A model generated the notes under the pieces. That model made no database searches. It was given only the letters and a program-made list of their open reading frames with translations, and had not been told where the DNA came from. Of a stretch of DNA of 64,000 bases, positions 12,201-23,050 are shown one piece after another (the first letter of the stretch is position 1; each line of letters starts with the position of its first letter). Origin of the DNA: Ascidiella aspersa (Eukaryota). The position numbers and the translations under genes are program-made. The stretch covers positions 27,094,001 through 27,158,000 of the forward strand of contig OZ004613.1 in assembly GCA_963924565.1 (NCBI GenBank). The letters run 5' to 3'.

Positions 12201-14780
12201 GCATTTTTAAGTTAAACATTATTAACAACAAATGTGCACTCTAAAATCGTGTACAAGTGGCTTTAAAAGTATCAATTTCGATTTGCAGTGGAACAGGGCT
12301 TTATATTTTTTTAGAAGTTTGTAAATCTTTTGCAGATGATAAAAGTACTAAGAAAGTCTTAATTTAAAATACAACAAGAATAACAAAAACCTATCCCGAT
12401 TTCACATTTATTGGAATATTGAATAACAAATTTTAATTGAAACTATATTTAACCGATATCCTCTTAAGATTGATACTTTCTTTTCACAGTTAAATAAGAC
12501 CAACTACGGATTGTTATTGCTTTGCAATTTCCACGCCAAATTTTCGCCCCAAATCGAGGAAATTGATATTCGGGACTAACCTTTTCGGGCGTTTCCGAAA
12601 TAATAAGCACTTCTAGAAAAAGATCAGCCAAACAAACGACGGTCTTCTAATAAAAAAACAGCGGTTTGTGCGTAGGTAATTCCCGGCGAATTTCAAGTGC
12701 ACACTACGACCGTATATAGGCCAGCTGTGAAAACCGTGGGCGCTGAAAATTACCGGAACCTCGACGTTTTTTGCCTCCCGGGCGGCTGTTGACTTTTGGC
12801 ATTACGGACTTACTTTATTGGCCAGCTGTAATTTGAACCCTCGCCTTGTTGTGTTAGGCCCGGCGGCTTTTCCGAAGTGTTGTTTGGGACAAATGCGTTT
12901 TCGTTTGGGACAAATGCGTTTTTTTTTTTTGGTCGAAACAAATACTGTTTAAGCCCCAAGTTTTTCTTTTTGAATCGGCGTGCGACTTTTAGGTAATGTA
13001 AATATGCTGTTTCAGTTTTACGTGTTTAATCTATTTTATCAAACAAGTAAAATTAAAGTTTAAGGCCCCATAAAAATGCCATAATAAAAAAGGGCCTTAT
13101 CAAAAAACGCCAGACGTTTGTTTAAATAAACATGAATTGGCATTATCAGTTATTAAAAAAATAAGTGGTATTACCAGTTATTCTAGCAATAAACAAACCA
13201 GGTTTTGAATTCCATTAACTTTCCCACTTTTATAACATATCCATAGGAACGCCATTTTCCAATGTGCAATAAATCATCTCGCCTTTTCACCTTACCATCT
13301 ACTTGTCGTACAACGAATTGCACCCACATTAAGGTAATGTTACAGAAAAAAAACACGGTGACTCAGACGGCGTGCGTTTATGACGTAACAAAAGTGAGTG
13401 GTGTGTCGGTTGTGGAGTGGATCAGGAATTTTCAGTCGACGACCCGCTTTTATTTTATAAAACTTTTTGGCGAAGGATTAGGTTTGACAGGTATTAACAG
13501 AACATTTCTCGCTTACTTTTGCAAACTTTGGTAATGTGCATCTTAATTAAGCACTTTGTTTGGCATGAGTTTTAAAATTTGCATATAAACATCGAAAGTT
13601 AGAAAAATACATGGTATATTACAGTTACTGGTTTGCCAAACAAGCCAGCGCTACTACTTCCGAAATGACAGATCTCAGTTAATGATATGCACATTTGAAT
13701 TAGCTTCAAGTCAAATATATATGAATGTAACAGGTGTGGAAACGGAGTGGCTCTACTTACGACCCCCAAAACTCGCAGCGATCTCATTTTTTTTAACCAG
13801 GCCCTACTTGCGTTTTCACCAGGTCCCGTTAAGAGTCACCGCTCTAAGGGTAAAAATACGCAAGCGGGTCACAAAACAGCCGTAAAGGCAATACAGCCAG
13901 GTAGCCCAAAACTACGAGTGTCCTTACCACAGTACAGTGGCTAAACAACCGGGCCAATGACTGACGCGGCGGCGCATACTGTACTCGGTCAATATTTGCC
14001 CGCTGCAGTGAACAAAAAGACCCGGTCGACGCAGCTAGTCAAACAGCGACCCAACCTAGCGCCAATGTTTAAGGACGGCGAGTGGGCCTTTTTATTTCTT
14101 GCGACCTGGGCCCGAAAATTGGGCGGCTGTACGCAGTTGATCATCTCGCCCACCTGCGAATTGAGCCCCGCCCCCCTAAACCCCAGCCTGCGCCAATATT
14201 GCGTTTAGATTTTGGGAAGCGATATCTTCCACCCCACCCCCGCTCTTCTACATTTCATTGTTGACCTTCGTGATGCCAAAAATTGGGGCGTGAAGTTTGA
14301 CGATCTTAGTGCTAACTAGAAAAAAGATTCAAAATTCAATTTACTTTTAAAGAAAATATAGAATAAAGAATAACACAATGACAGCGAAACGACCTTACGG
14401 TCCTCGAGCTGAGCTGCCCAAAAACCTTTTGTTTTTATTGGTTAACTTTCGTTATTGCCGAACAGAGAAACTATTGCTTCGACGACAACGCAATTCCAAC
14501 AGTCGTGTGTTCGAATCCCCGCAGGGCATAAACCATCAATCGTTGTTCGCTAGGATTTTGACATAGCTTGTTGGCCAATCATGTTTAAACGCCTTTGAAA
14601 AAAACACAATTCGCATTTTTACACGCTTTTTCCTTTAAAATCCATAGCGCCGCACCACAGCTTGTTCCAAGTTAGACAAGGGACGCGAAAAATTCTAAAT
14701 TATTAACGCGCCTTTCCGCAAGCGCATTAAAACGAAAAAAATCAATACGTCTCAGAGGCAGTCGCAACATTCGCCAAGTT

Positions 14781-15008
14781 CAGTGATTCTCAACCTTTTA
14801 TGGCTTACGACACCCCCCGACTGGAATTTTCGTCCAGTATTTTACTGAAATGTCACCATAAGTGGAACTGGAACAACACAAAACACAAATAGTTGCTTAC
14901 CAATTGAGCAAAAATCAGATTCGTAAAAATTCTCAAATACCTATCGGCACCCTGGAGCATTAGAAACGACACACTAGGACGCCGCGGCACTCCGGTTGAG
15001 AACCACTG
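14781..15008. mobile_element. hAT (Charlie-like) MITE
   Basis: TIRs CAGTGATTCTCAACC / GGTTGAGAACCACTG; flanks GCCAAGTT / GTCAATTT (6/8). Confidence 0.75.
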
Positions 15009-17234
15009 GTCAATTTCATTTAGCGCCAACTAACATCAGCGTACGAGCAACATGCAACAGTATACAGCTGCAAAACCAGGTGGCCCATGCTGTATCCAAG
15101 ATGCAGCACAATGTTCCTCAACCTTGACCGTCGTTCGTGACAGTGACAAATCAGTGGAAAAGGCCGCGAAAAAGCTTCAAGGAAACAAGAGGGGGCGTAT
15201 TTCTGCTTGGCGCGCGATTTTAGCCCGAAATTAAGTCGCGCTAGATTTGCTTTGTCTACACAGGGTGGGCACTGGGCGCGACTGCATCAAACAAAATCTC
15301 ACACAGGACTCGAAGAGAGTTCAATGTTGATTTCTAGCCACCACGAAAATTGCCCGGGCTATTTTAAGATCAAGCGAATAGCTCAGTGGCAGGTCGCGTC
15401 AATTCGTTTCGTTTAATCGAACTTCGGGGCTTTTTGAACTTACTTAATCATGGGTTCATCATGGGGCGCGATGTTCTACAGCGACACAAATTGGATAAAC
15501 AGAAATTTAAATACCAGGGCGACCTCAGAAGTATTACTGAAACTTGTTTTTGCCCGTTTTTTTAATGACCAACTCAAGGTAAAAATACTCGTCCATGTCT
15601 ACAATACACAAGTCGCAATTTCATTACTATAAAGAAAGTGGCCAAAGTGAAGTACATAAATTTACAGAAAAGTTGGCAAATTGTTCGCTATAAAGGGCAA
15701 ACCTGCCATATTTAACGACACCGAACAAATGTAACAGCAGAATTCTTACATTTGCGGTATAGTGAGGTATTTCAACTTTCCAGAGTCTTAAGTAAAAAAA
15801 ACATCAATTAAAGGTGGTAAAAAAACGATTTAGCAATTTCCAACGGCCCTCTCGCCCGCATCGGCCTTATCGCTTTGCCAAAACGCCGCCCGCGGAAAGT
15901 TAATTTCCTTTTCGCAGCCAACAACAACGCGACTGGACATCCGAGCCTTTTAACGTCGAAGCTAAATCGAGCGGGGCGCGTCGGAATAATAGCGCTGGAC
16001 AGTGAGCGAGTGGTCAGACAGGCCTGTTGTGGTCAGTGGCCGGACAAAGACACAACAAAGTGGACAGCAGCGGGCCGCCGCACCTGGGTAAACAAGATAC
16101 GCGCTACTATGCTATGGAGCGGCCAGACATGCGCCTGCTGTGTCTTGCGATTCGATTAAGGGCGCGGGCCAAAATCTGTCAACCCAGGGCGATCGATTCA
16201 AAATTAATTTCTCGCCCCTGCTGCTGCCGCTGTTGCCGCTTATTTTCGTGTTCTTTGGCGAGATTACGGTTTTGTTTCAAAACCGTGGCGTGTAATTTCG
16301 CGAGTTGTTTACTTTCATTCAGTTTTTGTGGATCATTTTGACGTTTGTTTTATATACCTAGTAATTTTTCGGTACGAAAAAAAATCACTAGGTATAGAAA
16401 AAAGTAATGTCAGGCTATTCGTTTTGAACGAAACCTTGACGTGTTTATTGCATTGACAAACAATACGTTGGGATAAGACTAAGTTTGCTTTGGAAAAGAA
16501 TGCCATGGCAAAATATTTCACTACAAATTCGGTTTGAAGTAAGTAACATCTTTTCTAAATTAATATTTTTTCGGTAGAAAACAGTAAGTTCGTTTTGTAG
16601 GAAACTTTTATGTGTTTAATTGCAAGCAATACGTCGGGAATCAGACTTTCGGTTTATACTTTGTTTGCACCAGAAGAGCGATTTCTATCTATTGATATGT
16701 TGCATGTTGGAGCTAACTCTATTTTTTAGTTTGTTAACGTTTGAGTATGCCATGGCAAAACGATCCCATCAAATATCAGTTAACAGAATAGTCATTCGTT
16801 AACCAAAGCCGTCTAACTTGTCTCAAATCAACGCCTCTAAAGCAATATTTCAACAGCTCCCTTCACCCAGTACCGTTTAAATCCCCGGCAATTTATACGA
16901 GCTGAGTTTGCAGCTTCCTCGCGCTAAGGACTAGCAAGGAAAGCACGAAAAACCCGCTTCCTGCCGCTTTGAAGCCGCCGGATATCCTCTCCCCCTGCCC
17001 TAAGCCCCAACCAGTCGCCGACTGGGCAACAATTTCAAGCCTCCGTGACACGCCTTGAGTTTTTTTCACTCACTCAGCCATTTTTTCTCGCACAAAAAAA
17101 ATCGCTTTCGCTGGATCTTTTCGATATAGGTGAATTCTTTTTGGCTAATTTTTCGGCGAGCGGGGTGTTTTGGTTTCTGGAAACAATTTTTTTGTACAAG
17201 CCGTTTCAGACACACATGCAATTTAAAAACACAA

Positions 17235-17655
17235 GAAACAACTGAAAATTAACCATATTTTAAAGCCAATAAACAACTGAAAATTAAGCGTATTTTAATG
17301 CCGATAAAATTAACCGATTAAGGCCAAGAAACAACCGATAATAATTAACCATAATTTAAGGCTAAGAAACAGCCAAAAATTAATCATATTTCAAGGCAAA
17401 GAAACAACCAATGATTAACCATTATTCAAGGGCAAAAACCAACCAAAAATTATCCATATTTCAAGGTCAAGAAAAAAAAAACTAACCATATTTTAATGCC
17501 AAAAAACAACCAAAAATTAACCATATTTCAAGCTACAAAACAACCAAAAATTAACCATATTTCACGGTCAAGAAAAAAACGAAAACTAACCATGTTTTAA
17601 GGCCAATAAAACAACTAAAAATTACCCATATTTTAAAGCCCAAAATAAAAAACAA
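17235..17655. repeat. Minisatellite, unit about 38 bp, about 11 copies, abutting the exon-1 donor
   Basis: Repeated AATTAACCATATTTTAAGGCCAAnAAACAACCAAA-like units. Confidence 0.85.
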
Positions 17656-17669
17656 TCGCGCCCACTCAC

Positions 17670-18888
17670 CGACGCACTCGTTGGCGTTCTCCTTGGTCGC
17701 TCGCTTCCAGGGCCTCTGGTAATGGAACTTCTTGCATCGTTCGCAATCCACGCCGTCCGTGTTGTGCTTGCAGTCGCACGCCAGCTTGCCCTTCTTAATA
17801 ATACACTGCGAAGCGTGGCCGTTGCACTTACAAACGCCGCCGATGCTAATATCGCTGATTGCGTAGTGGGTGAAGTGAAACTCGCTCCTTGGGGCCCCTG
17901 AGGCAAAAGGTGGGGCGTTTGATCCGCGAACAGGCTTCTCCAGAGCATGGCGCATCGTATAGGTGCCTACATAGCCCAAATGCCGATGCCGCGGCTCTCC
18001 CTTGCCAATACCGACTGCGCGGCTACCCCGTGAAGTTGGGCTTTGTGCGCTGGGGGCTGGGTCCAATACAAAACGCACGTTGGTGGCGGTCACCCAATCC
18101 TGCATTATAAAGCTTTTGTCGATGTCTGTCCCCGACGGTCGCCCGTCTAAAGTGTTGAAGATCAGGCGACCACCTCTGACGCTGCTCTCGTCGGCTAACT
18201 CGGCGCACAGCACTTCGCGTTCGTTCGTGTCGTTCGCAAAGTTCTTGTTGGGCAGGTTGAACTGCGCCAAACAGTCGCGCGCATAGTACTGGTAAGCGTC
18301 CCAGGTTTTGCCGTGGTTTGTAGACTTGTAGATGGCCAGCGCTTGTGGAAGATGCGAATGGAAGGTCAAGGTTATGTAGGCCAGTTCGAATCGCTTGCCA
18401 AACGAAACTGTCAGAGTGATTTCGCGTTGCGCCGGGCCCCTGTGTATGGCTTTCGACTGCCAGTAGGTCGGGTTACCGGTGTCGTTGTTGTCGGTCAGGT
18501 ACTTGGCCGGGTACGACTTGTCCCCTCGCCTCTGGCAATTGTCGCAAACCTGCTCTACGCGCCCGCCTTCCGCCTCGACCAAGTGACAGAACTCCTCCTT
18601 TTTCGGGTCGCCGCAGGTTTCCGACACTTTCACCTTCTTCAATGACTGAAGAAAGTCAATGCTCGGTGCGCACTGACGCGGCGCCTTGTTATCAAAGCAT
18701 GGGTCCTTGTTTATTCCACCGCGTGGAAGCGATTTGGCTCCGTCCAGTGAAAGCAGGGTAGCGGCCAACAGGAAAAAGCAGACCTGACGCGTGGACGGGC
18801 CAGGGTTCGAACCCCGTACCGTCGAGTTCCGAAGGTTGAAGCGTCGCCGGCATTCGTCGCACAGGTGCTGCTGGTGATCCGGCGCCAT
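17670..18888 (-). CDS. netrin: Netrin, first coding exon: signal peptide, laminin N-terminal (domain VI) and LE/EGF-1
   Basis: Translation has LN motifs (TCG, YLTD..N..TYWQS, ITLTVSFGKRFE, AIYKS..GKTW..YQYYA..C, FNTLDGRPS, QDWVTAT, YAISD) followed by CKCNGHASQC...CDCKHNTDGVDCERCKKFHYQRPWKRAT..ANECV. ATG context is GCCACAATGG. The exon ends at a consensus donor GTC G|GTGAGT (intron starts 17669), giving 1219 nt, phase 1. The ORF-track tail beyond 17670 is intronic. Confidence 0.95.
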
Positions 18889-19040
18889 TGTGGCGTTTTT
18901 CTCTTTTGTTTCGTTGGAAGCGAACGCTCCTTTCTTGCGGTTTCAGGCTTTAGGTTTAACGCGATTTTTGCAGCTACGTTACGCGTTGTTTAATTTTTTT
19001 TTAAATCGCTGTGGGGAAAAATAAAAATGGCGGATTAGAA
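18889..19040 (-). other. Netrin 5' UTR (18889-19008) with an upstream splice acceptor and branch site
   Basis: Minus strand reads TTCTAAT (branch-like) ... TTTTTATTTTTCCCCACAG| ending at 19009. The 120 nt to the ATG contain no upstream ATG. Confidence 0.6.
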
Positions 19041-19249
19041 AAATGCGCATAAGAAAATCAAACAAATGTTAACCCTGTTTTTAGAGATATGCAAGCCCAA
19101 AATACGCTTCATTTGCCTTCAACTTGTTGACAAGTTGTTTTAAAACCTATCAAAACAACCGAAATAAGCAAATACACCAATTACGCCTTGCATTTTTCAC
19201 CTGCCACCTGCAATAACACAAACCCTAACGTATGAAGATCTCAAGTTAA

Positions 19250-19800
19250 ACCGACCGGGCTGCGAGTTTCCAGCAAGCATATAGCGCCCACAGCAGAAGC
19301 CCGTCTTTTCAAGCCGCTTTTTGATGTACGAAAAATCACAAACAGCTGTCAGGGACCCGATCGTTTTGCGTCCCACGGCCATCGACGGCTCGTTGCTGTT
19401 TAGCGGCGGATCCGGCCGGCCTGTAATGACAGCTCTCGCTAAGTAGGTGTTTCGTCGTCTGACGGAAAGCTTGGCTCTGAGCAAAAGGTGCTAAGTGGCC
19501 AGTAGTACGCCGCGCAGGTGTGCTTAGTACAAAGGCGCGGCTTAAGTGATAGAAACGCCTCCCTCCTAATACCGACACCTTCGCCTCAATAAGCGGCCCG
19601 AATAATTCGGCCGTTTTTTTTTCTTTCTCGCTCGCTCGTCGTTTCGTTTCAATTGTGCCCGGTGCGGAATGTTTTTCTTCCAAAAACTCGCATCTGCGCT
19701 TTTCCTTTCGTTCGCTCCAAAATGGGTTTCGCTTTTTGCTGGAAAAAAAGGCGCAGGTGGCGCTCGCCTTTAGAAATGTAAGGCGATAAAGTGTTCCGGC
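19250..19800 (-). promoter_or_regulatory. Candidate netrin promoter or non-coding first-exon region (CpG-rich block)
   Basis: Nearest CpG-rich block upstream of the 5' acceptor, with clustered GCT(A/T)AGT/CTTAAGTG and CAGGTG words. The TSS cannot be located from sequence. Confidence 0.4.
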
Positions 19801-20637
19801 CTAGTGTTGAGAAACGGAAACTCATCACTAAACGATTTACCTCTGATAAATATTTAAAGCCTTAGGGACGCGATAACGTCTTCATTCCACTCATCCAGTG
19901 TTTAAAGCCTAATTATGACTTAAGAATCACTTGAATTCGACTAAGGTCATTGTGTAAAACAATTTGGGTTAAAAATTAAGGTTATCTTTGAATAGTTTTC
20001 AACAAATTTGGGGTATATTTATCGCTATTTTTGCACACAATTTTCTGACTGTACATTGCGTTTTTGTTATTTTTAATTCAGTTATTGCTTAATATCGGAC
20101 GAGTAAACCAATTGTAATAGTTCAACGTTTTATGTTTTATCAATGACATGGCTTGAAAATGACTCAAAAAAATACAACACTGCACTCATATATACATGTG
20201 TTAAATGTTACGCGTATTTCTGCTTTTTTTTCGCAACTCTATCTAACCTAAAGTAATATTCCTAAACATCGCTAAGTCGTAAACGTTCATTAAATCTGGA
20301 ACGTAAGTCGTCTCGCCTCAGCCAGGTGTATCGATTTCGCACAGCCCGGAGCTATTTTCTTACTTTTCGCTGGGAATCGTTCGTTGAAATTCGGCCAGGA
20401 AAATTCCAGACGGCAGCCCGCGTTTAACCTTTCAACTAAGGCCTTAAGTACACTGCGCTATGGAAGCGGCTTACTTAAATGCCGCAAATTAGCGCAATTC
20501 GCTTTCGTTCTGCTATTTACCGCACCAAAGGATGTTTTGTGGTGTGAAAAAGACACAATGTTGCACCTTTTCGGCTAAAACGCGATTCAAGTAGGAATAA
20601 AGTTTAAAAATATCGCTAAAATGGCCCATTATTATTT

Positions 20638-21050
20638 TACATAAAAACGTGGTAAGAATAAATTATTCTCAGTATAATTGAAAAACGTATTTTGTTCGGT
20701 AACAACGCCCTTCATTTAGCAATGAAGTGTAAAATTATCGCGAAAATTGCACTATTGTTGTACATAAAAAACGCACTAAGAATATCCTATTTTCAGTATA
20801 ATTAAAAGAAGTATTATTTTTTCGTTGATAACTACGTCTTCTAAATAGCAATGAAGCGTAAAATTATTGCGAAAACTATTGTACATAAAAAACGCAGTAA
20901 GATTTAACTGTTTTTAGTACAATTGAAAGAAGTAGCCTATTTTTTGGCAACAACGTCTTTCAAATAGCAATAAATTTTACAAGTTTCAACCAAAATTGAC
21001 AACTACCCTTGCAGTACGATTTAACTTTTTCAGTACAATTGACAGAATTA
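20638..21050. repeat. Tandem repeat, unit about 122 bp (3 copies plus a partial)
   Basis: TACATAAAAA(A)CG..TAAGA...AGTATAATTGAAA...TAGCAATGAAG.GTAAAATTAT recurs at about 20638, 20761 and 20882, with a partial copy at 21011. Confidence 0.8.
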
Positions 21051-22189
21051 CTCACGTAAAATCACCAGCCTTTTGCTTTCTACCCAAACCGTTAGTCTTG
21101 TTGTCGGCAACAGCAATTTACAGGGCCGGCGTTGCGAGACCTTGTTATATATTTGCTCTGATAATTGCCCGAGCTTCGAATCAACGGCGTTTAACGCATT
21201 ACGAAAGCTCGCCAGCCGAACGCTGCATGATCGGCGCTGGTAAGTGTGCCAAAACAAACATTTACGAGAGGCGCAATAATCGTTCGAACCTGCACAAGGG
21301 GAAAAGTCAGGTGTTCTTTTTCGGGCGCCCCGCCAAGAAACACAACAGCACCTTTGCGCCTCGATCATATGTGGGTTCTTTGTATTGCGGGTTTACCCTT
21401 GACCCTTGAAAAACATCTAATCGATATCTTATTTACTTCCGGAGATATTAAACGGTGAAATTTCGAGCTGCGTATTTGGTGACAAATTTTGGTCGCTGGT
21501 CACAACACGTTTTTTCTGAAATGGTATTATCTAGCGACAAGAAGCTTTTTCGAATTGCCCGCAAATAATCTGCGCGTCGCAAACGTATTTTGCGATAAGT
21601 TTAGAAAGCAACGCCAACGCACAAAATATATCTTGTCTAAAATGGCTGACCTCCGCTGAAAGAAAAACATACCCCACTTCAACGCAACTTACACTTTCAC
21701 AACACGCGACATAATAAACCTGCAATATAATAACCAATAGGCCCAAGATCGTATACCTAAGCTACAAAATCGCACCAATCAACGCACAAAGCGTCCAGCC
21801 AAAAATAAACTCTCGCTAACAACTACGATGGACCAACGACTGCCAAAAGCCCGGGTCTGCGCTCCACAAAAGCCGGGAGCAACTGATTCGATCAATTTTA
21901 CCCCGGTCGACATGTATTTGGGCGGCGCGCGGCGCGAAGAAGGGAACTGGGCGAGCGATTCTATTCTCGCTTTTCCGGCGGTATTTTTAGCGGCCCTTGT
22001 CTTCCCTTCTAGCAGAACACGATGATTCGACCTTGGCGTAAGGACTAGACATTTTTTATTACTTTTCTTAGTCGACCCTGTGTTACTTTATGTTGATCCT
22101 ATGTTGTTTATATTGCTCATAAGTGTATGTTCCGCCGTCAAATTTACAAAAAAGTATAATATTTGGGTACACTATGCACGAATCTGTAC

Positions 22190-22405
22190 TGTAGCTTGAT
22201 AATGAATTACAAAGCCAAAAAGCGCAGATCGACATCATCTTGATTAAGACGTTTTGATACGAGCTTGTATCATCTTCAGTTAACATATTAATTAAAGATG
22301 ATACAAGTTCGTATTGAAACGTTTGAATCAAGATGTCGATCTACTTCTGAGTGGGCTTTGATTTTCTTACTACGTCTCACTCCAACCTCCAACCATCATC
22401 TTACG
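22190..22405. mobile_element. Foldback element combining family B arms with a family A right end
   Basis: TGTAGCTTGATAATGA..AAGCCAAAAAG..GATCGACATCATCTTGATTAAGAC (as at 47010), internal palindrome TTGTATCATCTT...AAGATGATACAA, then CTACTTCTGAGTGGGCTTTGAT...CAACCTCCAACCATCAT. Confidence 0.65.
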
Positions 22406-22876
22406 ATTTATTAGAAACGTTCAACATGACACCTCTTCTTTTGTATGCACTTTAATATTCTAACTACGCCTTCGAAAGTGATTGAAAAAAACACACACTT
22501 GGAATCTATTAAAAACGTTTCAGTTTATATAGGTTTCAAACGTCTGTCGCCACAGCGCGTTGCAAAAAATAGATCAGCAGCAGTTAATTTCCCGTTTGGC
22601 CAGGACCACTTAATCGTTTCCCGCAATAATCCGATCGTCTGTCAAGCGCACACATCGCACATAGCACACACAGATACAACAACGGGTGCATATTCCAAAG
22701 AGGCAACAATTAATCGGGACAAGCGACCTTCTCGTTGTCATTTCGCTCGCGTTTCCCGCGCCAAGTGTTTGTTTTTCGATTTGTTTTGGGCACGCCCTCC
22801 ATTCCTACAATCCCAACAAGGCCGCCTCTCTGAGGAATTTCCAAAAATAATTTGATATTTAAAATCTCTCTTGGAG

Positions 22877-23050
22877 CAGTGGCGTAATGACTAGTCAGTG
22901 ACTTGAATGGAATTAAGTGCAATTAAGTTACTGTTTTCAAATGACTTGACTTAAGTCTTTTAGGCAAAATGACTTGACTTGACTCAAGTCTTTTGTACAA
23001 ACGACTTGATCTGACTTGAATTTTTTGGGGAATCAATTACTTGGGTTAAA
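22877..23050. mobile_element. Family D (GACTTGACTT-rich, CAGTG end) MITE fragment
   Basis: CAGTGGCGTAATGACTAGTCAGTGACTTGA matches the reverse complement of the end of 60561-60963. Confidence 0.6.

Larger units (their letters stand above)
6291..17669 (-). other. Netrin intron, 11.4 kb (GT-AG)
   Basis: Bounded by a GTGAGT donor and a CTGACAG acceptor; splicing joins NECV-A-CHC in frame. Confidence 0.85.

Noticed and set aside
17551-17669. C-terminal 39 aa of the 445-aa ORF as part of the main protein
   Set aside because: It lies past a consensus GTGAGT donor within a minisatellite, and the in-frame LE2 exon is at 6290-6108. Kept only as a speculative isoform.
634-18888. Calling the gene a laminin gamma chain
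   Set aside because: The LE3 sequence and the exon layout match netrin-1 better. Final proof needs the exons outside the window.
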